Below the pieces are notes generated by a model. That model did no database searches and was not told where the DNA came from. It was given only the letters and a program-made list of their open reading frames with translations. The translations under genes were made by a program, and so were the position numbers. Positions 17,631-27,518 of a DNA stretch of 36,993 nucleotides are shown here, piece after piece (position 1 is the first letter of the stretch; every line of letters begins with the position of its first letter). Source of the stretch: an uncultured virus (IMG/VR IMGVR_UViG_3300027749_000064). Taxonomy: Duplodnaviria; Heunggongvirae; Uroviricota; Caudoviricetes. The stretch is from IMG/VR virus record IMGVR_UViG_3300027749_000064; one strand, given 5' to 3'.

Positions 17631-18590
17631 ATGACAGATGCATATACTAAAGCGGATCTCCGCTCTATTCTTCGTTCCTGTAATATAGAAATAATTTCTC
17701 AAACAGGAACAGATTTTTTATGTTTATGTCCATTTCATCACAATACAGATTCTCCAGCTTTTGCCGTAAGTTATTCTAAGGGCTTGTATATTTGTTACAA
17801 TCAAAATTGTGATTCATCTGGGACTGTTCTTGATTTAGTAAAAAATCTTACAAATAGAAATGACTTTGAGGCATTACGATTTATATCTCAAAATAAACAA
17901 ACAGAAGCAGAATCTTTTGAAGAGGGACTAAAAGATTTATTAGGTGAGAAACCAAATTTTGTAGAATTTTCAGAAGATACATTAAAAAATTTATATAATG
18001 GACTTGCAAAAACTGAATCAGCAAGAGATTATTTAAAATCTCGCAAAATAGATTTATCTGCTATGGCTTATTTTTCTATGGGTTATTCAGAAAATATGGG
18101 AATGGTTACAGTTCCTTTGCATTCACCTGACGGCATTCCCGTTGGAATTATTGGCAGATCAATTACTAATAAGAAATTTAAGAATAGCGTTAATCTTCCA
18201 CGTAATAAAACTATGTTTAATTTACACCGTGCAAAGCGTGAAGGTGGAACAATTATTGTTGTAGAATCAAGTTTTGATGTTATTCGTTTATGGCAGGCGG
18301 GATATCCAAATGCTGTAGCCACACTAGGTGGAAGCATATCGGACATTAATATACAAAATTTAAATAAGTATTCATCTACAATAATTTTAATGACAGATAA
18401 TGATTCAGCAGGTCGTGCATTAGGCAATACTATTGCTAATAGATTAAAGAATAAAAATGTTTTGTGGGCTAAATATGACCACAATAATATCTATCCTAAT
18501 TCTGCTAAAGATGTGGGAGATATGACGGATGAAGAAATAAAACAATGTATAAAAAATGCTATTCCGCATTTTGAATACGCTAATATCTAG
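17631..18590 (+). CDS. dnaG: DNA primase (CHC2 zinc finger + TOPRIM)
   Basis: CPFHHNTDSP...C....C; VVESSFD, AVATLG, DNDSAG, KDVGD. Confidence 0.93.
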   Translation: MTDAYTKADLRSILRSCNIEIISQTGTDFLCLCPFHHNTDSPAFAVSYSKGLYICYNQNCDSSGTVLDLVKNLTNRNDFEALRFISQNKQTEAESFEEGLKDLLGEKPNFVEFSEDTLKNLYNGLAKTESARDYLKSRKIDLSAMAYFSMGYSENMGMVTVPLHSPDGIPVGIIGRSITNKKFKNSVNLPRNKTMFNLHRAKREGGTIIVVESSFDVIRLWQAGYPNAVATLGGSISDINIQNLNKYSSTIILMTDNDSAGRALGNTIANRLKNKNVLWAKYDHNNIYPNSAKDVGDMTDEEIKQCIKNAIPHFEYANI

Positions 18591-18619
18591 TAGACAAAGC
18601 AAGTCTAAACTGATATAAT
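18591..18619 (+). promoter_or_regulatory. Promoter TAGACA-N17-TATAAT with extended TG
   Basis: Upstream of AAGGAG RBS and ATG 18664. Confidence 0.65.
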
Positions 18620-18663
18620 GATAATAATAGGACATAATATAGTCCACTACATAAGGAGAAAAT

Positions 18664-19340
18664 ATGGGTATAGTGACAGGCTTAGCAGCAATGAACAAGC
18701 AGATGGAAACAAAAACTTCATCTGGAGATACACAAAAAGGAAGATGGCTTCAACTTAAAGACGGCCAATCATTAAAGATACGATTCATGCAAGAAATTGA
18801 TCCAGATTCAAAAAATTATAATGAAAAAGCTGGTTTAGCATTTATTGAGTTGAACATACAAATCCAAAAGATTACAAGCGTAAAGCGCTTTGTACAATTG
18901 AAGATCAAGGTAGATGTTTTGGTTGCGAGCAACATCGTCGTGATCAGAAAGCTGGCTGGAAAGGGCGCTCTCGTTTCTATGCTAATGTTTTGGTTGATGA
19001 TGGTCAAGAAGAACCCTACGTAGCAATTTTTTCTCAAGGTGCAGGACCAAAATCTGCAACTCCAGAAATTATAAATTATGCGGGTGAAACAGGTAGCATT
19101 TCTAATCTTAATTGGAAGTTAAAGCGTACAGGAACTTCAACTGATACTAATTATTCAATTATTCCATTGCCAACAGCAGATGCTGCTCCAATTGATTTTG
19201 ATAAATATGAGTTATTTGAACTTCAAAAGTCTGCAGTTCGTGATGTTCCATATGATGAGCAAGAGAATTTTTATCTTGGAATAACATCTGATTCTTCTGA
19301 AGAATCTTTACAATCCACTTCATCAGCCGTTGAGTGGTAA
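18664..19340 (+). pseudogene. Single-stranded DNA-binding protein (gp32-like), split by an apparent 1-nt frameshift near 18847
   Basis: Frame 1 gives W..LKDGQSLKIRF...GLAFI. Frame 3 opens at 18849 with VEHTNPKDYKRKALC....GRCFGCE...WK...RFYANVLVDDG, LKRTGTSTDTNY and an acidic tail ending in W. May be an intact gene with a sequencing error. Confidence 0.75.
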
Positions 19341-19365
19341 TTAAAAACTAATAGAATAGATAAAC

Positions 19366-22300
19366 ATGTCTGACTTTGTGCATTTGCATTGCCATAGCCA
19401 TTACTCTTTGATGGATGGGCTTAATACACCCTATGAGTTACTTGAGGCTGCAAAAAATCAAGGTCAGACTTCTTTAGCAATTACAGACCATGGCACACTA
19501 TCTTCACACAGAGACATGCAGATTGCCGCTAAAGAATTAGGCGTGAAGCCAATTTTAGGAATTGAAGCTTATATTTCTGAAACAGATAGATTTGATAAAC
19601 GTGAAGTCAAAAAGCGTGATGATAATACTTCTGTATATAATCATATTATATTACTTGCTAAAAATAATACTGGTTTAAAAAATTTACAAAAACTTTCACA
19701 GATTGCATGGACTGAAGGTTATTATAGAAAACCACGCATTGATATGGAAATCCTTTTTGAATATAAAGAGGGTATAATTGTTGTGTCAGGGTGTATGAAT
19801 GGGTTGATTTCTAAATCTATTGAACGCGGTGAGTTAGATAGAGCAGAAGAGATTGTAAAAATATTTAAAGAAAATTTTAATGAAGATTTTTATATTGAAG
19901 TGCAAGCTCATAATCCAATAAAATTAAACACTGCTCTATTAAATTTAGCAGACAAGTTTGGAGTAAAACCAGTTGCTACGGGAGATTGTCATTTTGCAAA
20001 GAAAGAGGAGAGGGATTTGGAAGAACTCCTTCTCATCTTATCTACCAAGCCAACGCAAAACAAAGAAGCAGATTATACAAGTGGTCGTCAAAGATCTTCT
20101 ATCCTTGATCGTTTTGATCATATTTATCCCAATCGCCCTATTAGTTTTGCTGATATTAACGTTTATATTCAATCCTATGATGAAATTAGTTTGGATTTTC
20201 AAAAAGCGGGTGTAATAAGAAAAGATATATATCAATCAACGGTAGAAATATCAAATAAAATTGAAGAATATGAATTTCATAAAAATCTTGATTTACTACC
20301 AGTGCCGAAAGCAAATGCATTAAAAACATTAAAAGATATGTGTAGTGATTCTCTAGTGGATATGGAGTTAGATAATGAAATTTATAGAGCAAGGCTTGAA
20401 GAAGAACTTAAAATCATCAAAGACAAGAATTTTGCTAGTTATTTTCTCGTTGTTAGTGATATGGTTAATTGGGCGAAACAGAATGAAATACTTGTTGGAC
20501 CAGGACGGGGCTCCGCAGCGGGGTCATTAGTTTGTTATTTATTGGGTATTACAGAAGTAGATCCAATTAAATTTGATCTTTTGTTTTTTAGATTTATTAA
20601 TCCAGAACGCAATGACTTTCCAGATATTGATACAGACTTTATGGATCGCCGTCGTGGGGAAGTAAAAGAGTATTTGCGTAAAAGATTTAAACATGTTGCT
20701 TCTATATCAACTTATCAGTATTTTAAAGATAAAGGAGTTGTTCGTGATGTTGCCAGAGCATTTTTGGTCCCACTTGGTGAAGTTAATAAAGCGCTTAAAA
20801 CTGTTGAGACATTTGAAGAATACGAAAGCTCTAATAGTACGGAAGAATTTCGTAAAAAATATCCAGAAGTAACTAAATATGCTTCAATGTTACGTGGCAA
20901 AATTCGTGGCAATGGAATGCATGCAGCAGGGGTAGTTGTTGCAAAAGATGATATTAGTCAATATGTACCAATTGAAACCCGAAAAGACCCAAATGATTCC
21001 GTATCTGGAAGAATCCCAGTTGTAGCATATGATATGGATCAAACAGCAGACTTGGGCTTGATTAAACTTGATGTTTTAGGACTTAAAACATTATCGGTTA
21101 TTGACGATGCATTAAGAACAATTGAGCATCTTAAAAAGAAAAAAATTGATCTTAAATCAATTAAACTTGATGATCCAAAAGTTTTTGAAGATTTATCTAA
21201 TGGTTATACTAAGGGTGTGTTTCAAGCTGAAGCAACTCCATACACCAATTTGTTAATGAAAATGGGTGTAAATAATTTTGAAGATTTAGCTGCATCCAAC
21301 GCTTTAGTGCGCCCAGGTGCTATGAATACGGTTGGAGGATCTTATATAAGGCGTAAACGTGGAGAGGAGTTAATTACTTATGCCCACCCAATTATGCAGG
21401 AGTTTACAGCTCGTACTTATGGAGTAATTATTTATCAAGAACAAGTTATGCAAGCTTGTGTAAATTTAGGTGGTATGACTTGGGCGGACGCTGATAAAGT
21501 AAGAAAGATTATCGGTAAGAAAAAAGATGCAAAAGAATTTGATATATTTAAAGATCAATTTATTTCTGGAGCAAGCAAGCATATTACCCCCGAAGATGCA
21601 CAAAAATTATGGCATGATTTTGAAGCTCATGCTGGTTATTCTTTTAACCGTTCTCATGCTATTGCTTACTCTATGTTATCTTATTACACGGCATGGCTTA
21701 AGCATTATTATCCTCTTGAATTTATGTTTGCTATTCTTAAAAATGAAAAAGATAAAGATGCTCGTACAGATTATTTGCTAGAAGCCAAAAGAATTGGCAT
21801 TAAAGTTTTATTACCTCATATTAATGAATCGGAGTTAGATTTTAGCGTTCAAGGTAATTCTATAAGATTTGGGTTGTCAAATATTAAGTATATTTCAGAT
21901 AATATTGGTAGTAAAATAACCCACCTTCGCCCATTTAAATCATATAAAGATTTTGTTGAAAAAGCCAATATTAAAGGCAGTGGGATAAATTCCAGAGCTA
22001 TAGAATCTCTTAATACAATTGGAGCCGCAGCATTTCCAGATAATAAGCGAAAAGGTAATGAAAATGAAAATCTTTATGAGTATTTAGGCATTCCAAAGTT
22101 TGACACTGGAAAATTAAGTCCAAAAATTAAATCTCAAGTAAATCCGCTTGAAGATTTTCTTGAAGAAGGATGTTTTGTGCTTTTAGCTATGGTTAAATCA
22201 ATTAAAAAAGGACCGACGTGGGCCCGAATAGAACTTGTAGATGATACAGGTGCTGTGGGTATTTTCCATGAAGTTAATACAAAAATTGAGCCAGGAATGA

Positions 22301-22641
22301 TGTACTTTTTCTTAGTGGGAGATAACCGCATACATAAATATGTAACAATTGATGATGTTGTTAATAATATTGATGAACCATTTGTTCACTGGCTTTATAA
22401 AGATAAATTAAAAATTGATAGTGGAAAAAGACTTGTTCTTGATTTTACACATTATAAGACTAAAGCTAACAAAATGATGGCTCATATTATTTTATCTGAT
22501 GCGGATAAAAATTTAGAGCGAGTAATAGCTTTTCCAAAGATGTATACAAAATCTTTGGGTAAAATGCAAGCAGGATTAATTTGTGATCCCGCTATTGCAA
22601 AGATGGATGATGGAACATTATTTGTAAAGGAGGTGAACTAA
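19366..22641 (+). CDS. dnaE: DNA polymerase III alpha subunit
   Basis: PHP domain FVHLHCHSHYSLMDG, AITDHG; GPGRGSAAGSLVCY, FPDIDTDF, HAAGVV, KLDVLGL, YSFNRSHA. Confidence 0.97.
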   Translation: MSDFVHLHCHSHYSLMDGLNTPYELLEAAKNQGQTSLAITDHGTLSSHRDMQIAAKELGVKPILGIEAYISETDRFDKREVKKRDDNTSVYNHIILLAKNNTGLKNLQKLSQIAWTEGYYRKPRIDMEILFEYKEGIIVVSGCMNGLISKSIERGELDRAEEIVKIFKENFNEDFYIEVQAHNPIKLNTALLNLADKFGVKPVATGDCHFAKKEERDLEELLLILSTKPTQNKEADYTSGRQRSSILDRFDHIYPNRPISFADINVYIQSYDEISLDFQKAGVIRKDIYQSTVEISNKIEEYEFHKNLDLLPVPKANALKTLKDMCSDSLVDMELDNEIYRARLEEELKIIKDKNFASYFLVVSDMVNWAKQNEILVGPGRGSAAGSLVCYLLGITEVDPIKFDLLFFRFINPERNDFPDIDTDFMDRRRGEVKEYLRKRFKHVASISTYQYFKDKGVVRDVARAFLVPLGEVNKALKTVETFEEYESSNSTEEFRKKYPEVTKYASMLRGKIRGNGMHAAGVVVAKDDISQYVPIETRKDPNDSVSGRIPVVAYDMDQTADLGLIKLDVLGLKTLSVIDDALRTIEHLKKKKIDLKSIKLDDPKVFEDLSNGYTKGVFQAEATPYTNLLMKMGVNNFEDLAASNALVRPGAMNTVGGSYIRRKRGEELITYAHPIMQEFTARTYGVIIYQEQVMQACVNLGGMTWADADKVRKIIGKKKDAKEFDIFKDQFISGASKHITPEDAQKLWHDFEAHAGYSFNRSHAIAYSMLSYYTAWLKHYYPLEFMFAILKNEKDKDARTDYLLEAKRIGIKVLLPHINESELDFSVQGNSIRFGLSNIKYISDNIGSKITHLRPFKSYKDFVEKANIKGSGINSRAIESLNTIGAAAFPDNKRKGNENENLYEYLGIPKFDTGKLSPKIKSQVNPLEDFLEEGCFVLLAMVKSIKKGPTWARIELVDDTGAVGIFHEVNTKIEPGMMYFFLVGDNRIHKYVTIDDVVNNIDEPFVHWLYKDKLKIDSGKRLVLDFTHYKTKANKMMAHIILSDADKNLERVIAFPKMYTKSLGKMQAGLICDPAIAKMDDGTLFVKEVN

Positions 22642-22883
22642 TGGCAAAAAAAACAAGTAACGTAGAAGAATCTGCAGCAGAGAATACTAATATCCCTATT
22701 AGCATTGAACAAATTTGTGCAGCAATTATCACAACACTGGGTTCTGTAAGTATTTCATTCGCAAATCTTTTGGCAGATTACTCAGGTAAGAGTATTTCTG
22801 TAAATCAAGATGATGAGACTAAAGCCGTAACATTTGGACTTATTGATACTCCAGAAATTGAAAAAACAGAATCTGCAGAATAG
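22641..22883 (+). CDS. Hypothetical protein
   Basis: AGGAGG RBS; start overlaps the dnaE stop. Confidence 0.65.
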   Translation: MAKKTSNVEESAAENTNIPISIEQICAAIITTLGSVSISFANLLADYSGKSISVNQDDETKAVTFGLIDTPEIEKTESAE

Positions 22884-22899
22884 TGTATAATATAAGTAT

Positions 22900-23154
22900 A
22901 TGGCTCAGTCCTACATACTTAAAGGTACGGAGAACGAATATCTTTTGGTCATTAGAGCAGAAGACGAAAAAGCAATCTATAATATAATAGATTTATTAGT
23001 AACCAGCCGTAATGAACAAATAAAATTGCTGGCATTAGAGTTAGAAAAGAGTTTACATGATAACGGAAGAGATTCTAGCAAAACTAGATCCAAAAACAAG
23101 AGCAAGAGTACAACTAGCAACAACGATAAGCGTAGAAAAGCAAAAGACTCCTAG
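22900..23154 (+). CDS. Hypothetical protein, probably leaderless
   Basis: TATAAT at 22886-22891, 8 nt before ATG; 3' end overlaps recA by 98 nt. Confidence 0.55.
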   Translation: MAQSYILKGTENEYLLVIRAEDEKAIYNIIDLLVTSRNEQIKLLALELEKSLHDNGRDSSKTRSKNKSKSTTSNNDKRRKAKDS

Positions 23155-24055
23155 TATTGGTTTAAATATAGCCTTAAGAGGTGGATTTGGTTTTGGTAGA
23201 CAAGTGCTTGTTTGGGGAAATAAATCTGCAGGTAAATCATCATTTTGTTTACAGATGATTGCTGATGCTCAAAAAAATGGTAAAACTTGTGCTTGGATTG
23301 ATGCAGAAGCATCTTATGATTCTGAATGGGCAGGTAAACTGGGTGTAAACTCAGAGTCTCTTATATATTCTCCAGCTAAATCTATTAATGATATGGTTGA
23401 TATTGCTCAACAATTAATGGAAGCAGGAGTAGATATTATTGTTGTAGATTCTATTTCAGCATTACTTCCTGCTATTTATTTTGAAAAAGATAGTACAGAT
23501 CTTAAAAAATTAGAAGATACAAAGCAAATAGGTGCAGAAGCAAAGGACATGACACATGCAGTTAAAATGCTTAACTATGCCAATAAAAATACACTACTCG
23601 TTCTTATTTCTCAACAGAGAAATCAATTTGGTTCTATGCATGCCAGTCACATCCCGACTGGAGGAATGGCAGTTAAATTCTTTTCTAGTACCGTCATTAA
23701 ACTTTGGTCATCAGAAGCTGAAGCTAATGCTATTAAATCTGGAGTTCAAGTTGGTGACAAAATTATTGAACAAAGAGTGGGTCGTCCCGTTAATTGGATC
23801 ATTGATTACAACAAACTTGGACCTCCAAACCTGTCGGGTCAATATGATTTTTACTATCAAGGAGAAAACTTGGGAGTTGATTCAGTAGGTGAAGTTCTTG
23901 ATTCTGCAGAAATGATGGGTATTGTTCAAAAAGGTGGAGCTTGGTATACAGTAAATGGTGAGCGTTTCCAAGGACGTGCAAAATCAGTTGAATATTTAAG
24001 AAATAACCCAGATATTGTTAAAAAGATAGCAAAAGAGATTTATGACAAATCTTGA
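23057..24055 (+). CDS. recA: RecA/UvsX-like recombinase
   Basis: Walker A GNKSAGKS, AWIDAE, IVVDSISAL, TGGMAVKFFSS, KGGAWY, QGR. Confidence 0.95.
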   Translation: MITEEILAKLDPKTRARVQLATTISVEKQKTPSIGLNIALRGGFGFGRQVLVWGNKSAGKSSFCLQMIADAQKNGKTCAWIDAEASYDSEWAGKLGVNSESLIYSPAKSINDMVDIAQQLMEAGVDIIVVDSISALLPAIYFEKDSTDLKKLEDTKQIGAEAKDMTHAVKMLNYANKNTLLVLISQQRNQFGSMHASHIPTGGMAVKFFSSTVIKLWSSEAEANAIKSGVQVGDKIIEQRVGRPVNWIIDYNKLGPPNLSGQYDFYYQGENLGVDSVGEVLDSAEMMGIVQKGGAWYTVNGERFQGRAKSVEYLRNNPDIVKKIAKEIYDKS

Positions 24056-24236
24056 TGATTTTTTAAATAAAAAAAATGATGTACCAAAAATTATAAATGT
24101 TGAAATTATAGATGGATCTTTTGTATGTCAAAATACAGAATGTAATGCCATTTCTTATGAAGCAATAATGGATTCAAATGACAGATCAGTACACTGGACG
24201 TGCAATTGCGGACATAGATCAAAGTTTAAACTATAA
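24042..24236 (+). CDS. Small zinc-binding protein
   Basis: CQNTEC...WTCNCGHRS. Confidence 0.6.
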   Translation: MTNLDDFLNKKNDVPKIINVEIIDGSFVCQNTECNAISYEAIMDSNDRSVHWTCNCGHRSKFKL

Positions 24237-24544
24237 TGTCAGAACGTGGGGAGATTAAGCGTGATAAAGCAAAAGCTCAAAAGAATTCTGGACGTGGTGA
24301 TTATCAAAAGGGTGATGCTATCTGGCATGACTTTGTGGTTGATTACAAAGAGTATGAAAAGTCAATATCAATTAGTCAATCAATTTGGGCTAAAATATGT
24401 ACAGATACTTTTAAGGTATCACGAGAGAAATATCCTGTACTTAAGATCATCTTGGGCGGATCAGGTCAAAAAACTAGACTTGCAGTAATTGAATGGGCAT
24501 TATTTGAACAAATGGTAGAGTGTTGGGAGACACATAATGATTGA
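24236..24544 (+). CDS. PD-(D/E)XK nuclease, Holliday-junction resolvase-like
   Basis: SE..E......NSGRG..QKGDA......VDYKE. Confidence 0.6.
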   Translation: MSERGEIKRDKAKAQKNSGRGDYQKGDAIWHDFVVDYKEYEKSISISQSIWAKICTDTFKVSREKYPVLKIILGGSGQKTRLAVIEWALFEQMVECWETHND

Positions 24545-24719
24545 AGAAAAAGACCTTAATGAATTTCACATTTGGTATGACAATGGCGTTGCCCGTGGCT
24601 GGATAACTGAAATGTTTTGCGCTACTCACGATGGGGTGCCATCACTTACAGAAGAAGAAGAAAAAGAATGGGAAGATGGCGGAGATCCTTGTCAATTTTG
24701 TGTTAGGATTATGGAATGA
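24537..24719 (+). CDS. Hypothetical protein
   Basis: W...G..RGWI....CATHDG......E...WEDGGDPC. Confidence 0.65.
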   Translation: MIEEKDLNEFHIWYDNGVARGWITEMFCATHDGVPSLTEEEEKEWEDGGDPCQFCVRIME

Positions 24720-25042
24720 CAGATAAACCAACTATTGAATTAATTAGTGAACTTACAGAGTTCAATGATATGAAAACATATATGAATGATAAAGATCTTG
24801 ATTATGCTCTTGATTTAATTATTAAGTTAATTGCAAAACCAGATGTTCCTTCATCTAAAGCTCCCGATCTTATTATTAAGATGCAAGCACTTGCAGCTAA
24901 ATTTGCAATGATGGCAAGATACTATACCACCTTTGAAAAAGGCGGGGAGAATGCAAAGAAAAAAAATGTTTATTTTACAGCAGAAGAAGCAATTAATAGA
25001 TTAGTGGATGCATTAAAGTATTCCGCAAGATATGGAGCATAA
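24716..25042 (+). CDS. Helical hypothetical protein (possible recombination mediator)
   Basis: ATGA overlap; position in the recombination operon. Confidence 0.55.
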   Translation: MTDKPTIELISELTEFNDMKTYMNDKDLDYALDLIIKLIAKPDVPSSKAPDLIIKMQALAAKFAMMARYYTTFEKGGENAKKKNVYFTAEEAINRLVDALKYSARYGA

Positions 25043-25070
25043 TGAAAATAGGTATAAGGAACAAAATAAA

Positions 25071-25736
25071 ATGAATACAAATTTAGTTATAGTGCCAACA
25101 AGATCAAGACCAGATAATGCAGAAAGATTTGCTAAACATTTTTTTGAAACATCTAAGATATCAGATTTAGTTTTTGGTATTGATGATGATCAAATTGATT
25201 TATATCCAAAAATTGATGGTGTTATTTATGACATAAACCCTAATATGAAATTAGTACCAAAGCTAAACCTTTTAGCAAATAAGTATAAAGATAAATATGA
25301 AACTATAACTTTTTTGGGCGACGATCATTTGTTGATAACCGATGGGTGGGATCAAAGTCTTTATATACCAATTAAACAAACAGGTTACGGTTTTTCTTTT
25401 GCAAATGATTTATTGTTTAAAGAATCCTTGCCTACCTGTGTTATGGCATCAACCAATATAATCAAATCTTTAGGTTATATGACTCCGCCTATTTTATGGC
25501 ACATGTATATTGATAATTTTTGGAAAATGTTAGGTAGCAGATTAAATGCAATATTTTATTTTCCAGAAGTTTATTGGGAAAATTTAACTTATCAAAATGG
25601 AAAAGCCAAAATGGATGATTCTTATAGGGAAACCAGCACTTATTTAGAACGTGATAAATTTGCTTTTCATGAATATTTAGCCGATGATTTTCAAAATGAT
25701 TTACAAAAAATAAAAAAGGATTTAAAAATTGGCTAG
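25071..25736 (+). CDS. Glycosyltransferase, family 2-like
   Basis: VIVPTRSRP, GIDDD, FLGDDH, WD, HMYIDN; ATG 25071 follows AAGGA. Confidence 0.8.
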   Translation: MNTNLVIVPTRSRPDNAERFAKHFFETSKISDLVFGIDDDQIDLYPKIDGVIYDINPNMKLVPKLNLLANKYKDKYETITFLGDDHLLITDGWDQSLYIPIKQTGYGFSFANDLLFKESLPTCVMASTNIIKSLGYMTPPILWHMYIDNFWKMLGSRLNAIFYFPEVYWENLTYQNGKAKMDDSYRETSTYLERDKFAFHEYLADDFQNDLQKIKKDLKIG

Positions 25737-26508
25737 AAAAATAATAGGAAATTTAAAATTTAAAAAACCATTAGAAAATGGTTTTGACCCAAATAAGTTT
25801 GCAGAAATGATGGAGGAGGCTTATACAAATGTTGAAAAACGTGATAGTTTTACTCAAAAGAAAACATTTAGTCCTAGTACTATTGGCTATGGTCACGGTA
25901 ACTGCCCTAGATATTGGTTCATTGCTTTTACTGGTGCAGAGTTTGAAGACCAGTTTGATGCTATGGCTAGGGCTAATATGGATAATGGTACGGCTGCTCA
26001 TGATCGCATTCAGGCGGTTATGGCTAAAACAGGTGTACTTAAATCAACAGAAATTGAAATTACAAACGATAACCCACCAATTAGAGGATTTGCAGATGCA
26101 ATTATTGAATGGGATGGAAAAGAAGTAATTGGAGAGATAAAAACTGCTAAAGACGAAGTATATTCTATGCGTCAAGCAGAAATGGCTCCAACTTCAAATC
26201 ATTTATATCAATTATTAACATATATGAAAATTCGTGGAGCAGAACAAGGATTTTTTTATTATGAAAATAAAAATGATCAATCATATTTAATTCTTCCAAT
26301 AAATATGAATGAAAGAAATGAAAAAATAATTAATGACGTATTTGATTGGTTAAAAAAAGTATATGCTAATTATGAATCTGGAACTTTGCCAGAAAGAGTA
26401 TTTACTAAATCTGTTTCTGCATGCAAGTATTGCCCAGTAAAGACATCATGTTGGAAAGAGTTGGGTGATGGTGAAGTCTTTATACCAGCAATGGTGGTTG
26501 CAAAATGA
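25729..26508 (+). CDS. Cas4-like / RecB-family PD-(D/E)XK exonuclease
   Basis: FSPS......CPR, GTAAH, GFADAI, EIKT, QL..Y, CKYCP....C Fe-S motif. Confidence 0.88.
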   Translation: MARKIIGNLKFKKPLENGFDPNKFAEMMEEAYTNVEKRDSFTQKKTFSPSTIGYGHGNCPRYWFIAFTGAEFEDQFDAMARANMDNGTAAHDRIQAVMAKTGVLKSTEIEITNDNPPIRGFADAIIEWDGKEVIGEIKTAKDEVYSMRQAEMAPTSNHLYQLLTYMKIRGAEQGFFYYENKNDQSYLILPINMNERNEKIINDVFDWLKKVYANYESGTLPERVFTKSVSACKYCPVKTSCWKELGDGEVFIPAMVVAK

Positions 26509-26792
26509 TATGTATTTATGAAAAATGTGATAATGAGTTTACTCCTAAAACACATAATCAAAAATATTGCTCTGATGAATGTTGCAGAATAGCAACAAAT
26601 GAAAAACTTAAAGAAGCTTATTATGAAAAAAAAGCAAGGCTTGCAGGTAAAAAAAGATTATGTAAAACTAAAGGTTGCGAAATTATATTGAGTAGATATA
26701 ATAACACAAACATTTGTGATAAATGCGTAGGCGCAAAAAAAGAAGCAGAAAGAAAAGATTTAATAGAAATGGTAAAACGTGTCTCTGGCTAA
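26505..26792 (+). CDS. Cys-rich zinc-finger protein
   Basis: C....C...F......QKYCSDEC and C....C...LSRYN....C..C. Confidence 0.7.
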   Translation: MICIYEKCDNEFTPKTHNQKYCSDECCRIATNEKLKEAYYEKKARLAGKKRLCKTKGCEIILSRYNNTNICDKCVGAKKEAERKDLIEMVKRVSG

Positions 26793-27336
26793 ATTATCCA
26801 GGCCCGTTGCCCATAAAGTCTTGGGAATAGATGCCAGTACAAACAGCATTGCTTTTTGCCTTATGAATGAAAATAAACCAATAAAATGGGGAGAAATAGT
26901 TTTTGAAGGCGCAGATGTATACGAAAGAATATTAGACGCTAAACGCAAAATAAAATCGTTTAAAAATGAGTTAGATACAGATTTTGTAGTAATTGAAGCA
27001 GCAATTCAAGTAAAAAGCGTTCATACTGGAATAAAGATGGCATACGTTTTTGGTGCTATAATGGGAGAGTTACTTAGTGATAATGTAAAAGTTGTTGAGG
27101 TTCACCCTATAACCTGGCAATCATACATAGGTAATAAAAATTTTACAAAAGTTGAAAAACAGGCGGTTAAAGATGAATTTCCAGGAAAATCAGAAAATTG
27201 GTACAAAGCCAAAATCAGAGACATTAGAAAGTCTAGGACAATTGACTTTGTTAGAACACTGGGCGTTGACACTAAAAATGATAACGTTGCTGATGCGGCG
27301 GGGATAGCTTGGTATGCAGTTAATGAAGTGGTATAA
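26779..27336 (+). CDS. ruvC: RuvC-like Holliday junction resolvase
   Basis: VLGIDAST, VVIE, P..W, DNVADAAGIA. Confidence 0.85.
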   Translation: MSLAKLSRPVAHKVLGIDASTNSIAFCLMNENKPIKWGEIVFEGADVYERILDAKRKIKSFKNELDTDFVVIEAAIQVKSVHTGIKMAYVFGAIMGELLSDNVKVVEVHPITWQSYIGNKNFTKVEKQAVKDEFPGKSENWYKAKIRDIRKSRTIDFVRTLGVDTKNDNVADAAGIAWYAVNEVV

Positions 27337-27344
27337 GGAAAATA

Positions 27345-27518
27345 ATGGCTAAAAAATATAAACTATATGATAATAAAGAATGGGTTTACAAAAGATATGT
27401 AACCGAAAAAAAGACAGTTAGAGAGATGGCTATGGAAGCTAATTGCTCTCATATGACTATTCAAAGAGAATTAGAAAGACATGGATTAATTAAAAAACCT
27501 AGAAAATGGACTAAATGA
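27345..27518 (+). CDS. Small HTH DNA-binding protein (57 aa, absent from the ORF track)
   Basis: AAGGA RBS; MAKKYKLYDNKEWVYKRYVTEKKTVREMAMEANCSHMTIQRELERHGLIKKPRKWTK. Confidence 0.75.
   Translation: MAKKYKLYDNKEWVYKRYVTEKKTVREMAMEANCSHMTIQRELERHGLIKKPRKWTK

Noticed and set aside
18847..19023. C-terminal half of ORF 18664..19023 as a real hydrophobic tail
   Set aside because: It is out-of-frame read-through past the frameshift; the alternative frame carries the SSB motifs.
19366..22641. Intein or intron in dnaE (also considered for terL, dnaB and recA)
   Set aside because: Lengths are normal and no intein splice motifs or LAGLIDADG blocks were seen.
23057..23154. Functional dual-coding overlap between the 22900 ORF and recA
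   Set aside because: The overlapping tail is low-complexity K/S/R sequence typical of read-through into another gene's alternative frame.
25729..26508. CRISPR-Cas system suggested by the Cas4-like gene
   Set aside because: No cas1/cas2 or array is present; solo Cas4-like exonucleases are common in phage recombination modules.
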